Origin: the human T2T-CHM13v2.0 reference genome, Homo sapiens
Strand: one strand, 5' to 3'
Assembly (NCBI RefSeq): GCF_009914755.1
Contig: NC_060945.1
DNA: 64,000 nt
How positions within the stretch are numbered: position 1 is the stretch's first letter; every line of letters begins with the position of its first letter. The position numbers were made by a program, and so were the translations under genes. This document shows, piece by piece, positions 17,601-38,739 of this stretch. The notes under the pieces were generated by a model. The model worked only from the letters and a program-made list of their open reading frames with translations, made no database searches and was not told the DNA's origin.

Positions 17601-17880
17601 TACACAATTGAATCTATCATTATTAACTTTCAAATTTTTGAGCCTGCCCAAAGGCCAGATGTTACCAGCAGCTGAACAGCATCTACAGAAACTAGCTGCA
17701 AAGAGAGAAGCAGAACAACTGGTTTGGTGGAGAGATCCAATAACAAAAAGTTGGGAAATAGGTAAAATTATAACTTGGCATAGAGATTATGCTTGTGTTT
17801 CTCCAGGACCGAATCAACAACTGATTTAGATACCATCAAGACACCTGAAATTTTATCATGAGTCAGATGCTGAGGAAGAG
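14673..17880 (+). pseudogene. HERV-K(HML-3) gag-pro-pol, defective, with two large pol deletions and no env or 3' LTR
   Basis: MGQVWAVVHSTLELF (MA), dUTPase GLLLGRSS...GVIDSDY, PINLWGRDLL (PR), [13 protein letters not shown] (RT), FTDGSSNG...SAQKAEL (RNase H), VWWRDP (IN C-terminus). Confidence 0.9.
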
Positions 17881-17916
17881 ATAAAAAGCACAATCATCAT
17901 TGAAATTAGAGCTTCT

Positions 17917-18130
17917 GGCTGGGCGCGGTGGCTCACGCCTGTAATCCCAGCACTCTGGGAGGCCGAGGTGGGCAGATCACAAGGTCAGGAGATCGAGACC
18001 ATCCTGGCTAACACGGTGAAACCCCGTCTCTACTAAAAATACAAAAAATTAGCTGGGTGAGGTGGCGGGCGCCTATAGTCCCAGCTACTCAGGAGGCTGA
18101 GGCAGGAGAATGGCATGAACCCGGGAGGCA
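17917..18130 (+). mobile_element. AluY truncated in right arm
   Basis: Stops at gaacccgggaggca with no tail. Confidence 0.9.
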
Positions 18131-18252
18131 AAACTTCAGGTTTTGCCAAGAATGACACTGTAAATGTAACAAAGCTTCTGTGCTTGTTAGTGAACACCAA
18201 ATCAGCTACTCTCCTGTATTCGGAGATCAGGATGAAATGAAAAGAACAAGCA

Positions 18253-18553
<301 letters not shown>

Positions 18554-19267
18554 GACCCCCAACCTTGTCTAGACTGTGGGGTTTCAGTTTCACCCCAGGG
18601 GGGTCCTGGTTGGGTTAGAACCCTGAATCTCGTTTGAGTTCGAACCCTAAAGAATAAAGGGAATAAAGGCTGTAGCTACTGAGCTACTCAATCTGGTCTG
18701 GTTCTGGCTTTTGTGTGTCTATCTGTATTTTTGGTCTAAATATTTGGCCCAACAGAGGTTAAAGGCTTTGATGTTCTCAGCAAAAGCCTTGTGAGATTTC
18801 TAGTTTATCTGTGTGCTCAATTGGAACAAAGAGACTCAATAAACTAGAAAAACCTAAAGAAAATGGCACACGTGAAAAATTGAGAGCCAACTCCTGTTTG
18901 TTGTTCTGTCCACCTCCCTCTCTCACTCCTCCTTCTGCCTTTGCTGTGGTCCCATGGTGTTTCTGTCTTTCCGGGGACCTGAGATTCAGTGTAGGAGTGA
19001 AGTCCATGATTTTAAAGCCTTCATGTCTCTGCTTTTTAACTCTGCCTGCTTTGCTGAGCTCTTATAATGAGAAATAAACTATTCAGAACAGGTACAACAG
19101 GGCATCAGAAAACCAACTTCAGGCAGCGCTCCGGCAAGTACCTCCCTAGAGGGGAAGGGCTTACTAAAGGAGATTTAATCTTGAAAAGGCCAAAATGAGA
19201 AGCTCTAACCTTTAGCTTGCTAGGTTTTCTGGGACTCGAGCTGGCTATATATTATGGACCATTCTAG

Positions 19268-19983
<716 letters not shown>

Positions 19984-20221
19984 TCTAGTGCACACTTTAA
20001 ACCTGACGGCCAAATTACATGAAAGAAAATTCAGAACTCAAATAGTTACTATTTTTAAAAACCCTAAAATGAAAAAGTCTCAGTTCTTTTGCCTATCTTT
20101 TTTTTTTCCCTGCCTACTTTGAATCTGCTGATTTGTCTACTGGTGTTGAGATAAGACTTACTGTCTGTGGTGTTACCAATTCAAGGTTACTTGGCTGAAG
20201 AAAAACAAAAGAATGAAACAA

Positions 20222-20537
<316 letters not shown>

Positions 20538-21017
20538 GACAAAAGAGTTCTTTTATAAATGCAAATAATTTAAAAAGTACTGATAAAATAAAAATAGAAA
20601 TGTCTTCAGAATTGTCAGCATACATTTTTGACTGTGTTTTATATTTACATTTGCTAGATATTTTAAGGTGCTAGGGTTTGGCATGAAGGTTATAAAGCTA
20701 TAAACACAGGAAAAAAAGAATATTTGTTTATGTGATTTTTTAAATACATAAGACCAATTTAATACGGTTTGTTGAACAAAAATAATGGAATTTTCTGAGT
20801 TATTGGTAAAATACCCTTGTATTTAACTTTGAAATCCTCACTTATGTGAACACCTGATATTCACAGGCTATAACATGGTTAACAAGAAAATAACCTAGAA
20901 ATGATGACTAGCTTTGTCTAATACCTCAGTTCTCACAAATACTCTAGATAAACTGTCAAAAATAAGTAAATGTAAATGGATAAATGTCTATACAAGACAT
21001 TTTAATGTATTTTTGAA

Positions 21018-21293
21018 ATTTTTTTGAGCCAATGTCTCTGCCTGTCACCCAGGCTGAAGTGCAGTGGCATGATCACAGCTCATTGCAACCTTGACCTCCT
21101 GCACTCAAGGGATCCTCCCACCTCAACCTCCCAAGAAGTTGTTAATTACAGGCATGCAACACCATGGTCAGCTAACTTTTATTTTTTTTTGTAGAGTCAG
21201 CATCTCGCTATTTGCTCAGGCTGGTCTCACGATACTCCTGCCTTGGCCTCCTAAAGTGTTGGGATTACAGGTGTGAGCCACCATGCCCAGCCT
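21018..21293 (-). mobile_element. AluJ
   Basis: Antisense diverged Alu. Confidence 0.85.
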
Positions 21294-21371
21294 ATTTTTG
21301 AAATTTTAGTTATGTTAAATTAAATAATAGATACTCATTAAATATCTGGGTTATTTCCAATTTAAAACTTA

Positions 21372-21704
<333 letters not shown>

Positions 21705-22849
21705 TCATTCTCATATGTAAGATACTGCTATATGACAATTCAAGATTTCTTTCTTCCTAAGTTTTTTATTAAAATAAGGGTTACTAAGTGTTAATATCTT
21801 GGTAGATATATGTGATTAAGACTACTAGATACAAGAGAAACAATTCTGTATGCAAAATCTATACGGGTTTTTGTTTCAGAGAAAGTAAATTCGCTTAGAG
21901 ATTTTTAAGGATTATTTTAAATTGAAGGAATAAAAAAGATAGATAAAACTAAATGTGTATAAAAAGTTGGGAAAGATGGAAAAAATTATACAAGGTTATT
22001 AAAAGTTTATGTAAATCTTACCTCGAGGTCAAAACTGATTGAGATCAGATAGATTGTTTATAAAGTTTATTTAAATTAGCTGTAATATTAAAAACATAGT
22101 GATAAAAAACAAAAAAATTTGGTTAAAACAACAAGGTTTTCTTAATGCATTTATTTGCTCATAATAAGAGGTAATAAATATTGACTTTTAATCCTGATAT
22201 CTGTTACTATAAAATCTTTTCAGATTTGTATATCAGAAGTTCAACGTTTCCTGTACTTTCATGTTACACATGACTCACAGATCACATCATTGTCTTCTGT
22301 TTCTTCTTGAGAAGGAATAAAAGGCTTGGGTTTCCTGCTTGGCTGGGATGATAACTCCTTCAACTTTTTCATCAGGTCTAATTTTGTACTCTTGGCTTTT
22401 AAATATGTCTTAATTACTTCATGTAACCAGGATACAGCAGGAAACTTCCATGCTATCATTGTGAGCTATGGATCCCCACTGCTCTATGCTCTGGTTTTCC
22501 TGTTTACATTCCTCTGTAATATTATGCTCACTCATGACCCTGGACACACTCTTTCTATGTCTAATTAAATTCAAGTCTCCGTGTCATCGGTTTGACTTCC
22601 AAGTGATTTAAATTAGCTTCCCATAAGAAGACACAATTATGCCACAGGAGCTTTTACCCTTTAAATGACTGGCCTGTAATAAAGATTTTAGGTTTTATCA
22701 AGATAATCCATGTGTTGCCTTTATTGTTTTTTTAATTACTTGGGAAAACTGAGGGTTTTCAGTTTTCACATCCATGTAACCTTCTATGTTGCTTTTGATG
22801 TCTTTTGGTTGTCATGTTAATTAAATGAATGTTATTTAAAAATGACATG

Positions 22850-23152
22850 TGGCTGTGTGCAGCTGCTCTTGTCTGTAATTCCAGCCCTTTGGGAGGCCAA
22901 GGTGGGTGGATCACTTGAGCCCAGGAGTTCAAGTCCAGCCTGGGCAAAATGGCAAAACCCCATATCTACTAAAAATACAAAAGCTAGCTAGGTGTGGTAG
23001 CAAGTGCTCATAGTCCTGGCTACTTGGGAGACTAAGGTGGAGATCACCTGAGCCTGGGAGGTTGAGGCTGCAGTGAGCCATGATTTCACCACTGCACTCC
23101 AGCCTGGGCAACAGGGTGAGACCCTGTCTCAAAAAAATAATAAAATAAAAAA
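22850..23152 (+). mobile_element. AluJ
   Basis: cacttgagcccaggagttc, gttgaggctgcagtgagccatga. Confidence 0.87.
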
Positions 23153-23267
23153 CAATAAACTACCATTCCGTTTTGGTCAAATGTTTTCAATTTTTTGACA
23201 TCTTTGCTAAAACTTAGTTGATAACATTGTATGGGAAGCATTGCCAAAAGATAAGTAACACTAAATC

Positions 23268-23564
23268 TTCTTTTTTTTTTTCTCTGAGACAGAATCTTGC
23301 TTTGTCACCCAGGCTGGAGTGCTGTAGCATGATCTAGTTTCACTGCAAATTCTGCCCCAAGGTTCAAGCAATTCTTCTGCCTCAACCTCCCAAGTAGCTG
23401 GGACTACAGACAAGTGCCACCATACCCGGCTAATTTTGTATTTTTAGTAGAGACAAGATTTCTCCATGTTGGCCAGGCAGGTGTCGAACTCCTGACCTCT
23501 GATGATCTGTCCAACTTGGCCTCCCAAAGTGTTGGGATTACAGGCATGAGCCACTGTGCCCAGC
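23268..23564 (-). mobile_element. AluS
   Basis: Antisense Alu dimer. Confidence 0.87.
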
Positions 23565-23936
23565 TTAAATCTTCTTTTGGTTACATTTATAGGTATGTTA
23601 TTAATATAAATATTTTAAAAGTTATATAAATTATAAAAATCTAATAGGGTTTCAGTCATAATTTTGATGATGTTAAATATTTTCTAAAGTTGTATGTGTA
23701 TAGATATATTATTAATATAAATATTCTAAAGATTATATAAAATTTCTGGAAGTCTGATGGATCTGATGTGTTGCCATCAGTCATGATTCTGGCTGTTATC
23801 TTAAAATGCTACATATAATACAAATAACTAAATTTTCTCGAGATTTGAGAACTTCCACTGGAATTTAACCAACGGCTATTCTAAGTTTTTGTCATCCACG
23901 GTGATTGATTAAAGTTCTTCTCTAAAACCCTTTACA

Positions 23937-24278
23937 GGCCGGGCACGGTGCTGGAGGCCATGCAGGGCACGGTGCTGGGCATGGTGCAGGGCATGGAGGC
24001 TCATGCGTGTAAATATCCCAGCACTTTGCAAGGCTGAGGTGGGTGAATTGCTTAAACTAAGAAGTTTGAAAGCAGCCTAGGCAATATGGTAAAATCCCAT
24101 CTCTACAAAAATACAAAAATTAGCCAGGCATGATGGTGCATGCCTATGGTCCCAGCTACTTCGGAGGGTGAGGTAGGAGGATGGCTTGAGTTTGGGAGGG
24201 AGAGATTGCAGTGAACCAAGATCATGCCACTGCACTCCATCCTGAGTGATAGAGCCAGACCGTGTCTCAAAAAAAAAG
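23937..24278 (+). mobile_element. AluJ with stuttered 5' end
   Basis: Repeated gggcacggtg/gggcatggtg blocks precede a normal Alu body. Confidence 0.83.
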
Positions 24279-25059
24279 CCTTTACAATCAGCTATCATCT
24301 AAATTACTTTTAATGGAAAGGATTCTGACAAGTCTCTTAAATATGGTTTCAGATAACTTTGGGGATCAAACCATTGAACTAGGAAAATCTTCCAGGACTC
24401 TAAAAAGCTGAATGAGAATTTCTAATTGAAATCAAGCAAAACACAAAAAACTGAATGAGAATTGCTATTTGAAATCAAGCAGAACAAGATTTAGTTACAT
24501 GGGAGTGAACTTATAAAAGAAGGAAAAGATTTTATCCATGGCCCTCCCATTAGAAACATTGTTGATCCTCTTTATGTTTTGTTTTCCAAAGTCAATAATT
24601 TTTTTTCTTTTCAGCTATTTTTAATTTACAATACATTAGATAAACTACATTGTGAACAAAAATTTGAGCCATTTATCTGTCTCTCTAGCTGATTTCTCCA
24701 GAATTCAGAAGCCATTCGTGAGCATTCTTAAATTATGGCAATATAATTATTTGCATAATTTCAATAAGAATCTGTTTTTGGTAACAAGATTCAATTGGAG
24801 ACACTGTTTGTTTTATCAAGGCTTTAACTCGAATGGCAGATACAACCAGACCACTTTAAGGAATTGAGGTTGACTTTATAGCACCAATACAAAGCCCCTT
24901 AGAATGACTGGCTTGATGTCCTGTATACAAAGGTCCTTTACAAAGTTGCTATTCTTGTGGTAAGAAATAAAGAATGTCACTTTCTGATGGGCCAGGAACC
25001 TCAAGATATTTGGGGACCTTGAGAAGAGAGGACTACACCCATTCATTAAAGTATTACAG

Positions 25060-30631
<5,572 letters not shown>

Positions 30632-31259
30632 AAAGTATTACAGACACAGTATGATGCAAATCTTTGACTTGGCTAGCCTCAAGGCTTTTAAAAGTCTAAG
30701 ATTCCTTATTAGAAAGTTCCAACAAAGCCAATTTTAAGAAGCCTATATGGTCAATAAATATTCTTGCTGCACTTTATGCAAATAATCAGACCAGGTATGA
30801 TAAGACTAAAACTTATTTTGCACAGAAATTTGTCCTACTATGGTTTGTCTTTGATAAAATGATGGACTAGAGAGAGAAAATTCATGTTTCAAATGAAAAC
30901 TGTGACATATGCTATTAGATTCCAGCCCTGATCATTCTTTTCCGAGTTTTTATTATTTGCCTATAATTTGGGCTGAATCCTGAATTATTTCCTGGCTCCA
31001 AGTGTTCCCTAGTGAACCCAGATAAAATATATTTTTAAAAAACTTGTTTTATCCTGTCAGTAATGAGATGTATTTTTGTAGGACTACTTAAACTAGCAAT
31101 TACAATTCGATTATTATGATTATAGAATCTCGGGATTTATCTTCCTTCTTGTCAAGGTCTTTACCTGATGTTTGTCTCATTAAAAAAAAAAAGAAATCAG
31201 ACTGATTGCACTCTACTCAAGACTGAAGACATGTACTTTAACCTGTCTCTGTTACCAGT

Positions 31260-31790
31260 AAACCAAAGCCTTAAATTTCAGAATCCGTCAGGGACCCTGT
31301 GTGGTCCCTGGATCAAGCACACATGGGCTTATGAATGTGTTGACCGCTGGCATATGAGAGGTAATTGTCTATTAGGTTATGTGGCTCTTCCTCTTCCTAT
31401 TTATAACTCCAATGTTTCTGAACGCTGAAGTAGTTCATCGAAATTATTTTCCAGGATTAGACAAACCGTACCTGCAAACCAAGGAGATGAATTTTGGCCT
31501 ATGTTTGGCAGAAATCTCTTGCAATGGTGGGGAGTAACCTCTCATGAACGTATAATTAGAAATCTGTCAACCACTCTAGGTAACTTAGCAAATGAACTAG
31601 CTGAAGCCATAGCTACCAAATAAAGATCTTCAGACTCTTTAGCCAGGATAGTCATGGATGACGGAATAACTTTAGGCTACATAGTGGTGAAACAGGGAGA
31701 AACTCATATGGCAGCTAGCTAACACTTCATGTTGTGTTTAGATCCATACATCTTCTGAAGTTGAAACACGTGTAAAAAAATAAGACGATA
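31260..31790 (+). pseudogene. env: ERV1 env remnant (SU end/TM)
   Basis: CGPW...WAYEC...GNCLLG, then IRNLSTTLGNLANELAEA...DSLARIVMDD (degenerate heptad/immunosuppressive domain). Confidence 0.65.
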
Positions 31791-31814
31791 TGGGAATTAA
31801 TTATGACAAATCCT

Positions 31815-32345
31815 AGGGAAGAGGCTGAAAGAGCTGTAACACAAACAGGGCTGAGACATGCCCCTTGCTCGCCACATTGTGGGCAAAGAGAAGGAAAGAA
31901 GAGCTATGGCCCTTTGGGGAGCCCAGACCTGGGAGCTCCCTGAGCCAGAGCTGTGATTCCTTCTTTGGGGCCTTTGGTTCCTGATATCTCCAAGCTTCTG
32001 GGTGCCACTGTGTTCCCAGTGTGCCAGCTGTGGAAGCTTCTTGAGGTGCCCGTGGTCCAGCCACAGCCTTGTGGAGAGCTGGCGCCCGTGTTGGCACCTG
32101 GAGCTACCTGCTCCACTTCAGCAGCCAGCAAATCTGACTGCACAGTGGCCAGACCCCATGCTCACTCACACACCCCTTGCCACTCCATGCAGTCTCCCTT
32201 GGCAGGCATGGGATCCAACGTGGTAGCATGAGCAGAGCACAGCCTGCCAGGCTGAGTGTGCGGGGCCCAGCAAAACTCAGGCAAAGGTGCCACCAGTCAT
32301 AGAGGTTTCTGTCCAGAAAAGTAACACCCCAAAGATCCCATAACA
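31815..32345 (+). mobile_element. MER52/LTR1-family LTR, 3' part only
   Basis: Homologous to the reverse complement of 55290-55820; ends ...gatcccataaCA. Confidence 0.75.
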
Positions 32346-33014
32346 CCGCTACTCTTCCCAGCCTCTGGAAACTCTCAGTCTACTCTCTATCTTGATGAGT
32401 TCAATTGTTTTAATTTTTAGCTCCCACAAATGAGTGAGAACATGCGAAGTCTGTCTTTCTGTGCCTGGCTCATTGTACTTAACATAATTGTCCTCTAGTT
32501 CCATCCATGTTGTTGCAAATGACAGAATCTTATTCTTTTTCATGGCCGAAGAGTACTCCATTGTGTATATGTACTACATTTTCTTTATCCCTTCATCTGT
32601 TGATGCACACTTAGGTTGCTTCCAAATCTTGGCTATTATGAATAGTGCTGAAATAAATATGGGAATGCAGATATCTCTTTGATATACTAATTTTCCCTCT
32701 CTTGGGTATATACCCAGCAGTGGGATTGCTGGATCATATGATAGTTCTATTTTTAATTTTTTGAGGGACCTCCATATTGTTCTCCATAGTGAATATACTA
32801 ATTTACATTCCCACCAACAGAGTAAGAGTGTTCCCTTTTCCCCAAATTCTTGAAAGCATTTGTTATTGCCTGTCTTTTGCATAAAAGCCATTTTAATGGG
32901 GTAAGATGATATATTTTTGTAGTTTTGATTTCAATTTCTGTCATGATCAATGATATTGAGCATCTTTTCATATACCTATTTGACATTTATATATGTTCTT
33001 TTTTGTTTTTGCTC

Positions 33015-33288
33015 ATTTTTTGAGACAGGGTCTCACTCTGTCACCCAGGCTGGAGTGCAGGGGTATGATCATGGCTTAATGTAGTGTTGACTGCCAGGGT
33101 TCAAGCAATCCTCCCACCTCAGCCTACTGAGTAGCTGGGACCACAGTCATGCATCACCATGCCCAGGTAGTTTTTAAAATTATTTGCTATGTTGTTCAGG
33201 TTGGTCTTGAACTCCTGGGCTCAAGTGGCCCACCCATCTTGGCTCCCCAAAGTTCTGGAATTACATGTGTCAGCCACTGCGCCTGACC
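33015..33288 (-). mobile_element. AluJ
   Basis: Antisense diverged Alu. Confidence 0.85.
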
Positions 33289-33714
33289 TGTGTGCCTTCT
33301 TTTGAGAACTGTCTGTTCAGATCTTTTGCCTATTTAAATAATTGGATTGTTAGTTTTTTTCTTGTAGAGTTGTTTGAGCTCCTTATATATTCTGGTTATT
33401 AATCCCTTGTCAGTTATATAGTTTGCAAATATTTTCTTCCATTCTGTGGATTGTCTTTTCACTTTGTCCATTGTTTTCTTTACTGTGCAGAAACTTTTGA
33501 ACTTGATGTGATACCACTTGTTCATTTTTGCTTTGGTTGCCTGAGCTTTTGGAGTATTACTCAAGAAATCTGTGCCAAGAGCAATTTCCTGGAGAGTTTC
33601 CCTAATGTTTTCTTTCAGTAGTTTCGTGTCTTTGATTTAAGTCTTTAACCCATTTGGATTTGATTTTTGTATATAGTGCAAGAGAGGCTTCTAGTTTAAC
33701 TATTCTGCCAATGA

Positions 33715-33979
33715 CTTTGGGAGGCCAAGGTGGGCGGATCATGGGGGCAGGAGATCGAGACCATCCTGGCTAACACGGTGAAACTCCGTCACTACTAAAA
33801 GTACAAAAAAAAAATTAGCCAGGCGTGGTGGTGGGCACCTGTACTCCCAGCTACTTGGGAGGCTGAGGAGGAGAATGGTGTGAACCCGGGAGGTGGAGCT
33901 TGCAGTGAGCCCAGATCGCGCCACTGCACTCCAGCCTGAGCAACAGAGCTAGACTCCATCTCAAAAAAAAAAAAAAAAA
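33715..33979 (+). mobile_element. AluY, 5'-truncated
   Basis: Starts at ctttgggagg; TSD TCTGCCAATGA on both sides. Confidence 0.9.
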
Positions 33980-35257
33980 TCTGCCAATGAATATCTAGTT
34001 TTCCCAGCACAATTTGTTGAAGAGACTGTCCTCTCCCCCATGTATATTCTTGGCACCTTCATTGAAAATGAGTTAATTGTAAATGTATGGATTTATTTCT
34101 GGGTTCTCTATTCTGTTCCATTGGTCTATGTGTCTGTTTTATGCCAGTACCATGCTGTTTTGTTTATAATTGCTCTGTACTATAATTTAAAGTCAGGTGA
34201 TGTGATTCTTCCAGTTTTGTTCTTTTTACTCAGGATGGCTTTTGGTATTCTGGGTCTTTTATGGTTTCATGTAAATTTTAGGATTTTTTTTCTATTTCTG
34301 TGAAGAAAGTTATTAGTATTTCAATAGGGATTGCATTGAATCTGTAGATTGCTTTGTGAAGTATGGGTATTTTAACAATATTTACTCTTCCAATAAATGA
34401 ACATGGACTATCTTTCCATTTTTTTTTTGGTGTCCTCTTTAATTTTTTTGCATCTATGTTTTATAGTTTTCATTGTAGAGATCTTTCACTTCTTCTGTTA
34501 TGTTTATTCCCAGTTATTTTATTTTATTTGTAGCTATTGTAAATGGGATTACATTCTTGATTTTCTTCTTTAGATTGTTCATTTTTGTCATTTAGAAATG
34601 CTACTGACTTTTGTAGTTTGATTTTGTATACTGTGACTCTGAATTTGTTGATCAGTTCTAATAGTTTTTTGGTGGAGTCCTTAGGTTTTTCCAAATATAA
34701 GAGCTAATCATCTGCAAACAAGAAACAGTAATAATTTTACTTCTTTCCAATTTGGATCCCTTTTATTGTTTTTCTCTTGTCTGAATTGCTCTAGCTAGGA
34801 CTTCCAGTACTATGTTGAGTAACAGTGTTGGAAGTGGACATTCTTGTCTTGTTCCAGATCTTAGAAGAAAGGCTTTCAGCTTTTCCCTGTCCAGGATGAT
34901 ACTGGCTGTGGGTCTGTTGCATATGGTTTTCATTGTGTTGTGGTATGTTCCTTCTATATCTAGTTTTTTTTGAGGGTTTCTTTTTATCACAGGGATGTTG
35001 AATTTTATTAAATGCTTTTCAGCATCAATTGAAATTATCATATGGTTTTTGTCCTTCATTCTGTTGATATGATGTGTCACATTGATTGATTTGCATACAT
35101 TGAACCATGTTGGCATCCTTGGGATAAATCCCACTTAGACATGATGAATGGTCTTTTTCATAGGATGAGTTTGGAAATACTACAGCCTTCTCTGTTTTTT
35201 TGGAATAGTTTGAGTAGGATTGATAGTAATTCTGCCTTCAATGTTTGGTAAAATTAA

Positions 35258-35645
<388 letters not shown>

Positions 35646-36039
35646 ATTTCTTCCAGGTTTTTCAATTTATTGGAATATAGTTGGTCATAATAGTTTCTAA
35701 TGATTCTTTGAATTTCCACAGTATCAGTTATAGTGTCTCCTTTTTAATCTCTGGTTTTATGTATTTGAATCTTCTCTCTTTTTTCTTAGTCTGGTTAAGT
35801 GTTTGTTGATTTTGTTGGTCTTTTAAAAATATTAACTTTTCATTTCATTGATATTTTATATTTTTAAATTTCAATTTCATTTATTTCTGCTCCGATCTTT
35901 GCTATGTTTCCTTCTACTAATTTTGGTTTTGGCTTGCTCTTGCTTTTCTAATTATTTAAGATGCATTATTAGGTTGTTTATTTGAAGCTTTTCTACTTTT
36001 TTTGATGTAGGTGCTTTTATCTATAAACTTACCTCTTAG

Positions 36040-36384
<345 letters not shown>

Positions 36385-37249
36385 TGAGACCCTTTTACTT
36401 GATAACAGTGGTAGCTGGGACAAGTTGGCAATGTAAATAAATAAACAACATCTAGATTGGAAAGGAAGAAGTACAGTTATCTTTATGTACAGATGACATG
36501 ATCTTGCATTTAGAAAATCGTAAGAAATTTACTAAAAAGTATTAGGACTCATGAACAAACTTAAGAATGTAACACTATATAAGATTGGTATACAAAAATA
36601 ACTGTATTTCTTTACCAATAAATCAAGAATCCAAAAATGGAATTAAAAAAATAAATCTTGTTACAATAGAATTAAAGCTGGGGAAGCTTAAACTTGAACA
36701 CTAAAAACTACAATACATGGTTAGCGTTGGAAACACCCAGATACCATCCCTGAGCCTTCTCTCCTTGGCTCTGAGGGCTTTACCTTCACGGGGTGAGGAA
36801 AGGGGTTGCATTCTTGGCTTTTACATTATATTAGGTGGGTTCGGGTTGAGGTATCTGCAATTCAAATGAGTATTACAATCTCTACTTTTATGGATAAGAG
36901 ACTGAGGCCCACCAAGAGAGGGAATGACAGTCCATATCCTGGAAGGCGAATTGTCAGGCACTGATTTCCGCTATTTAACCCCTGCCAATCATCATGTATT
37001 TAAAGGATCCCCAGATACCATACCAATAGGTGTTCAAGAGAGAGGCCTGTAATCTAGGCGTCTGAGAAAACAAGGCTAGAGATTCCAATATTGGAGACAA
37101 CAGGGCTCTGGGAAGATTAAGGTTGAGTTTTCTGGATCTGCAGAATAGAGTCACTGAGGACCAATTGCAAGATCAGAGGAGATGAAAGAACAAGTCAGGG
37201 CATGCTTAGGAAAAGAGAATACCAGGGATAGGTTTTAGGCAAGAGTCAC

Positions 37250-37605
37250 ACTGAGGAAGGGCAGGTTCTTGGCGTCGTTTAGGAAGAAATCCAAAAGCAA
37301 GCCTGTGGTGGAAGAAAGCAGCTCTACGGAGGCATTGGCGGTGTTACAGCACTGCGTCCACTCCGGCAGGGCAGGGAGCCCTCCGTGGGTTGTGCTCCCA
37401 GAGCAGCAGCCTAGGGGTGGCTTGTAGTCATTTTTATAATTCACTTTTAAAGGCATGCTAATTAAGGGGCGGGTTATTCAGAAATAGCTAGAAATGGGCA
37501 GTAACTTCCATCTGTTTCCATGGCAAGGGGTGGGGACTTCTCGTGATGACATGGCATTGGCAAACTGTCATGGCACTGGTGGGAGCGTCTTCTGGTGATC
37601 TGAGG
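37250..37605 (-). mobile_element. ERV1 LTR fragment (MER50-like)
   Basis: ggttcttggcgtcg..aggaagaaatc and ccatggca...aaactgtcatggcactggtggg motifs; family uncertain. Confidence 0.5.
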
Positions 37606-38215
37606 CGTGAGGTGCTTTCGCTGCCTCTCCCAGGTTCCTGCGTGCCTCTTACCTGAAAGCCCATCACACCCCCATCTGCCCACCTACAAACGTCACTGCC
37701 CTTTCACCCCATCCCCGTTTCACACGCACTCCCACATCAACCCTGAGCATTCAAGCCTGCGTTTCCCTGTTAGGAACCTCGGTGGTAGCCGGAGCTCTGA
37801 GAAACCCCTAGGCAGAACTCCTTGCCTAGTTTGTGGCAGACATCAGGGAAGGAAAGGCAAATTTCAGGTCTTTCTCACAATAAATAAATAAAGATAGGTA
37901 GATTTGATTGATGGATGGATGGATGAAACCTGGGAGTCTACGGGCAAATATTTATCAGACACTGGAAGTGTAAGTTGTCACAAAGATTATGGAGTGCACC
38001 TGTCTTATGACCCTGTTATTTTATCCTAGTATGTGCACTAGAGCATATTTTCTAACAGTGTAAATTGAAGGCTCACAAATTAGTTTAGTGAGAGAAAAGA
38101 TAACGGATTGGAAGAGAATTACCATATTCATTAGTTGTGTTTTAAAATTTTTAAAGTAAAATAGAGACATTATTTTTTTCATGCTTTCGAATGCATCTAT
38201 AAAAAATAGACTTGA

Positions 38216-38573
<358 letters not shown>

Positions 38574-38739
38574 TTATTTTCACAATGTCCCAGGCTGTGA
38601 AACCAGGATTTAATAAAGAACCAGAATGCCACATCTGTGTCACCTGGGTAGGGACCAGTCCTGATACATTAAGTCCGGGTCTCTGGGTAACTGGACTCAA
38701 CTGCTGGGCAAAACAGAATGTCCGGCTAGGGTTCCTAAC

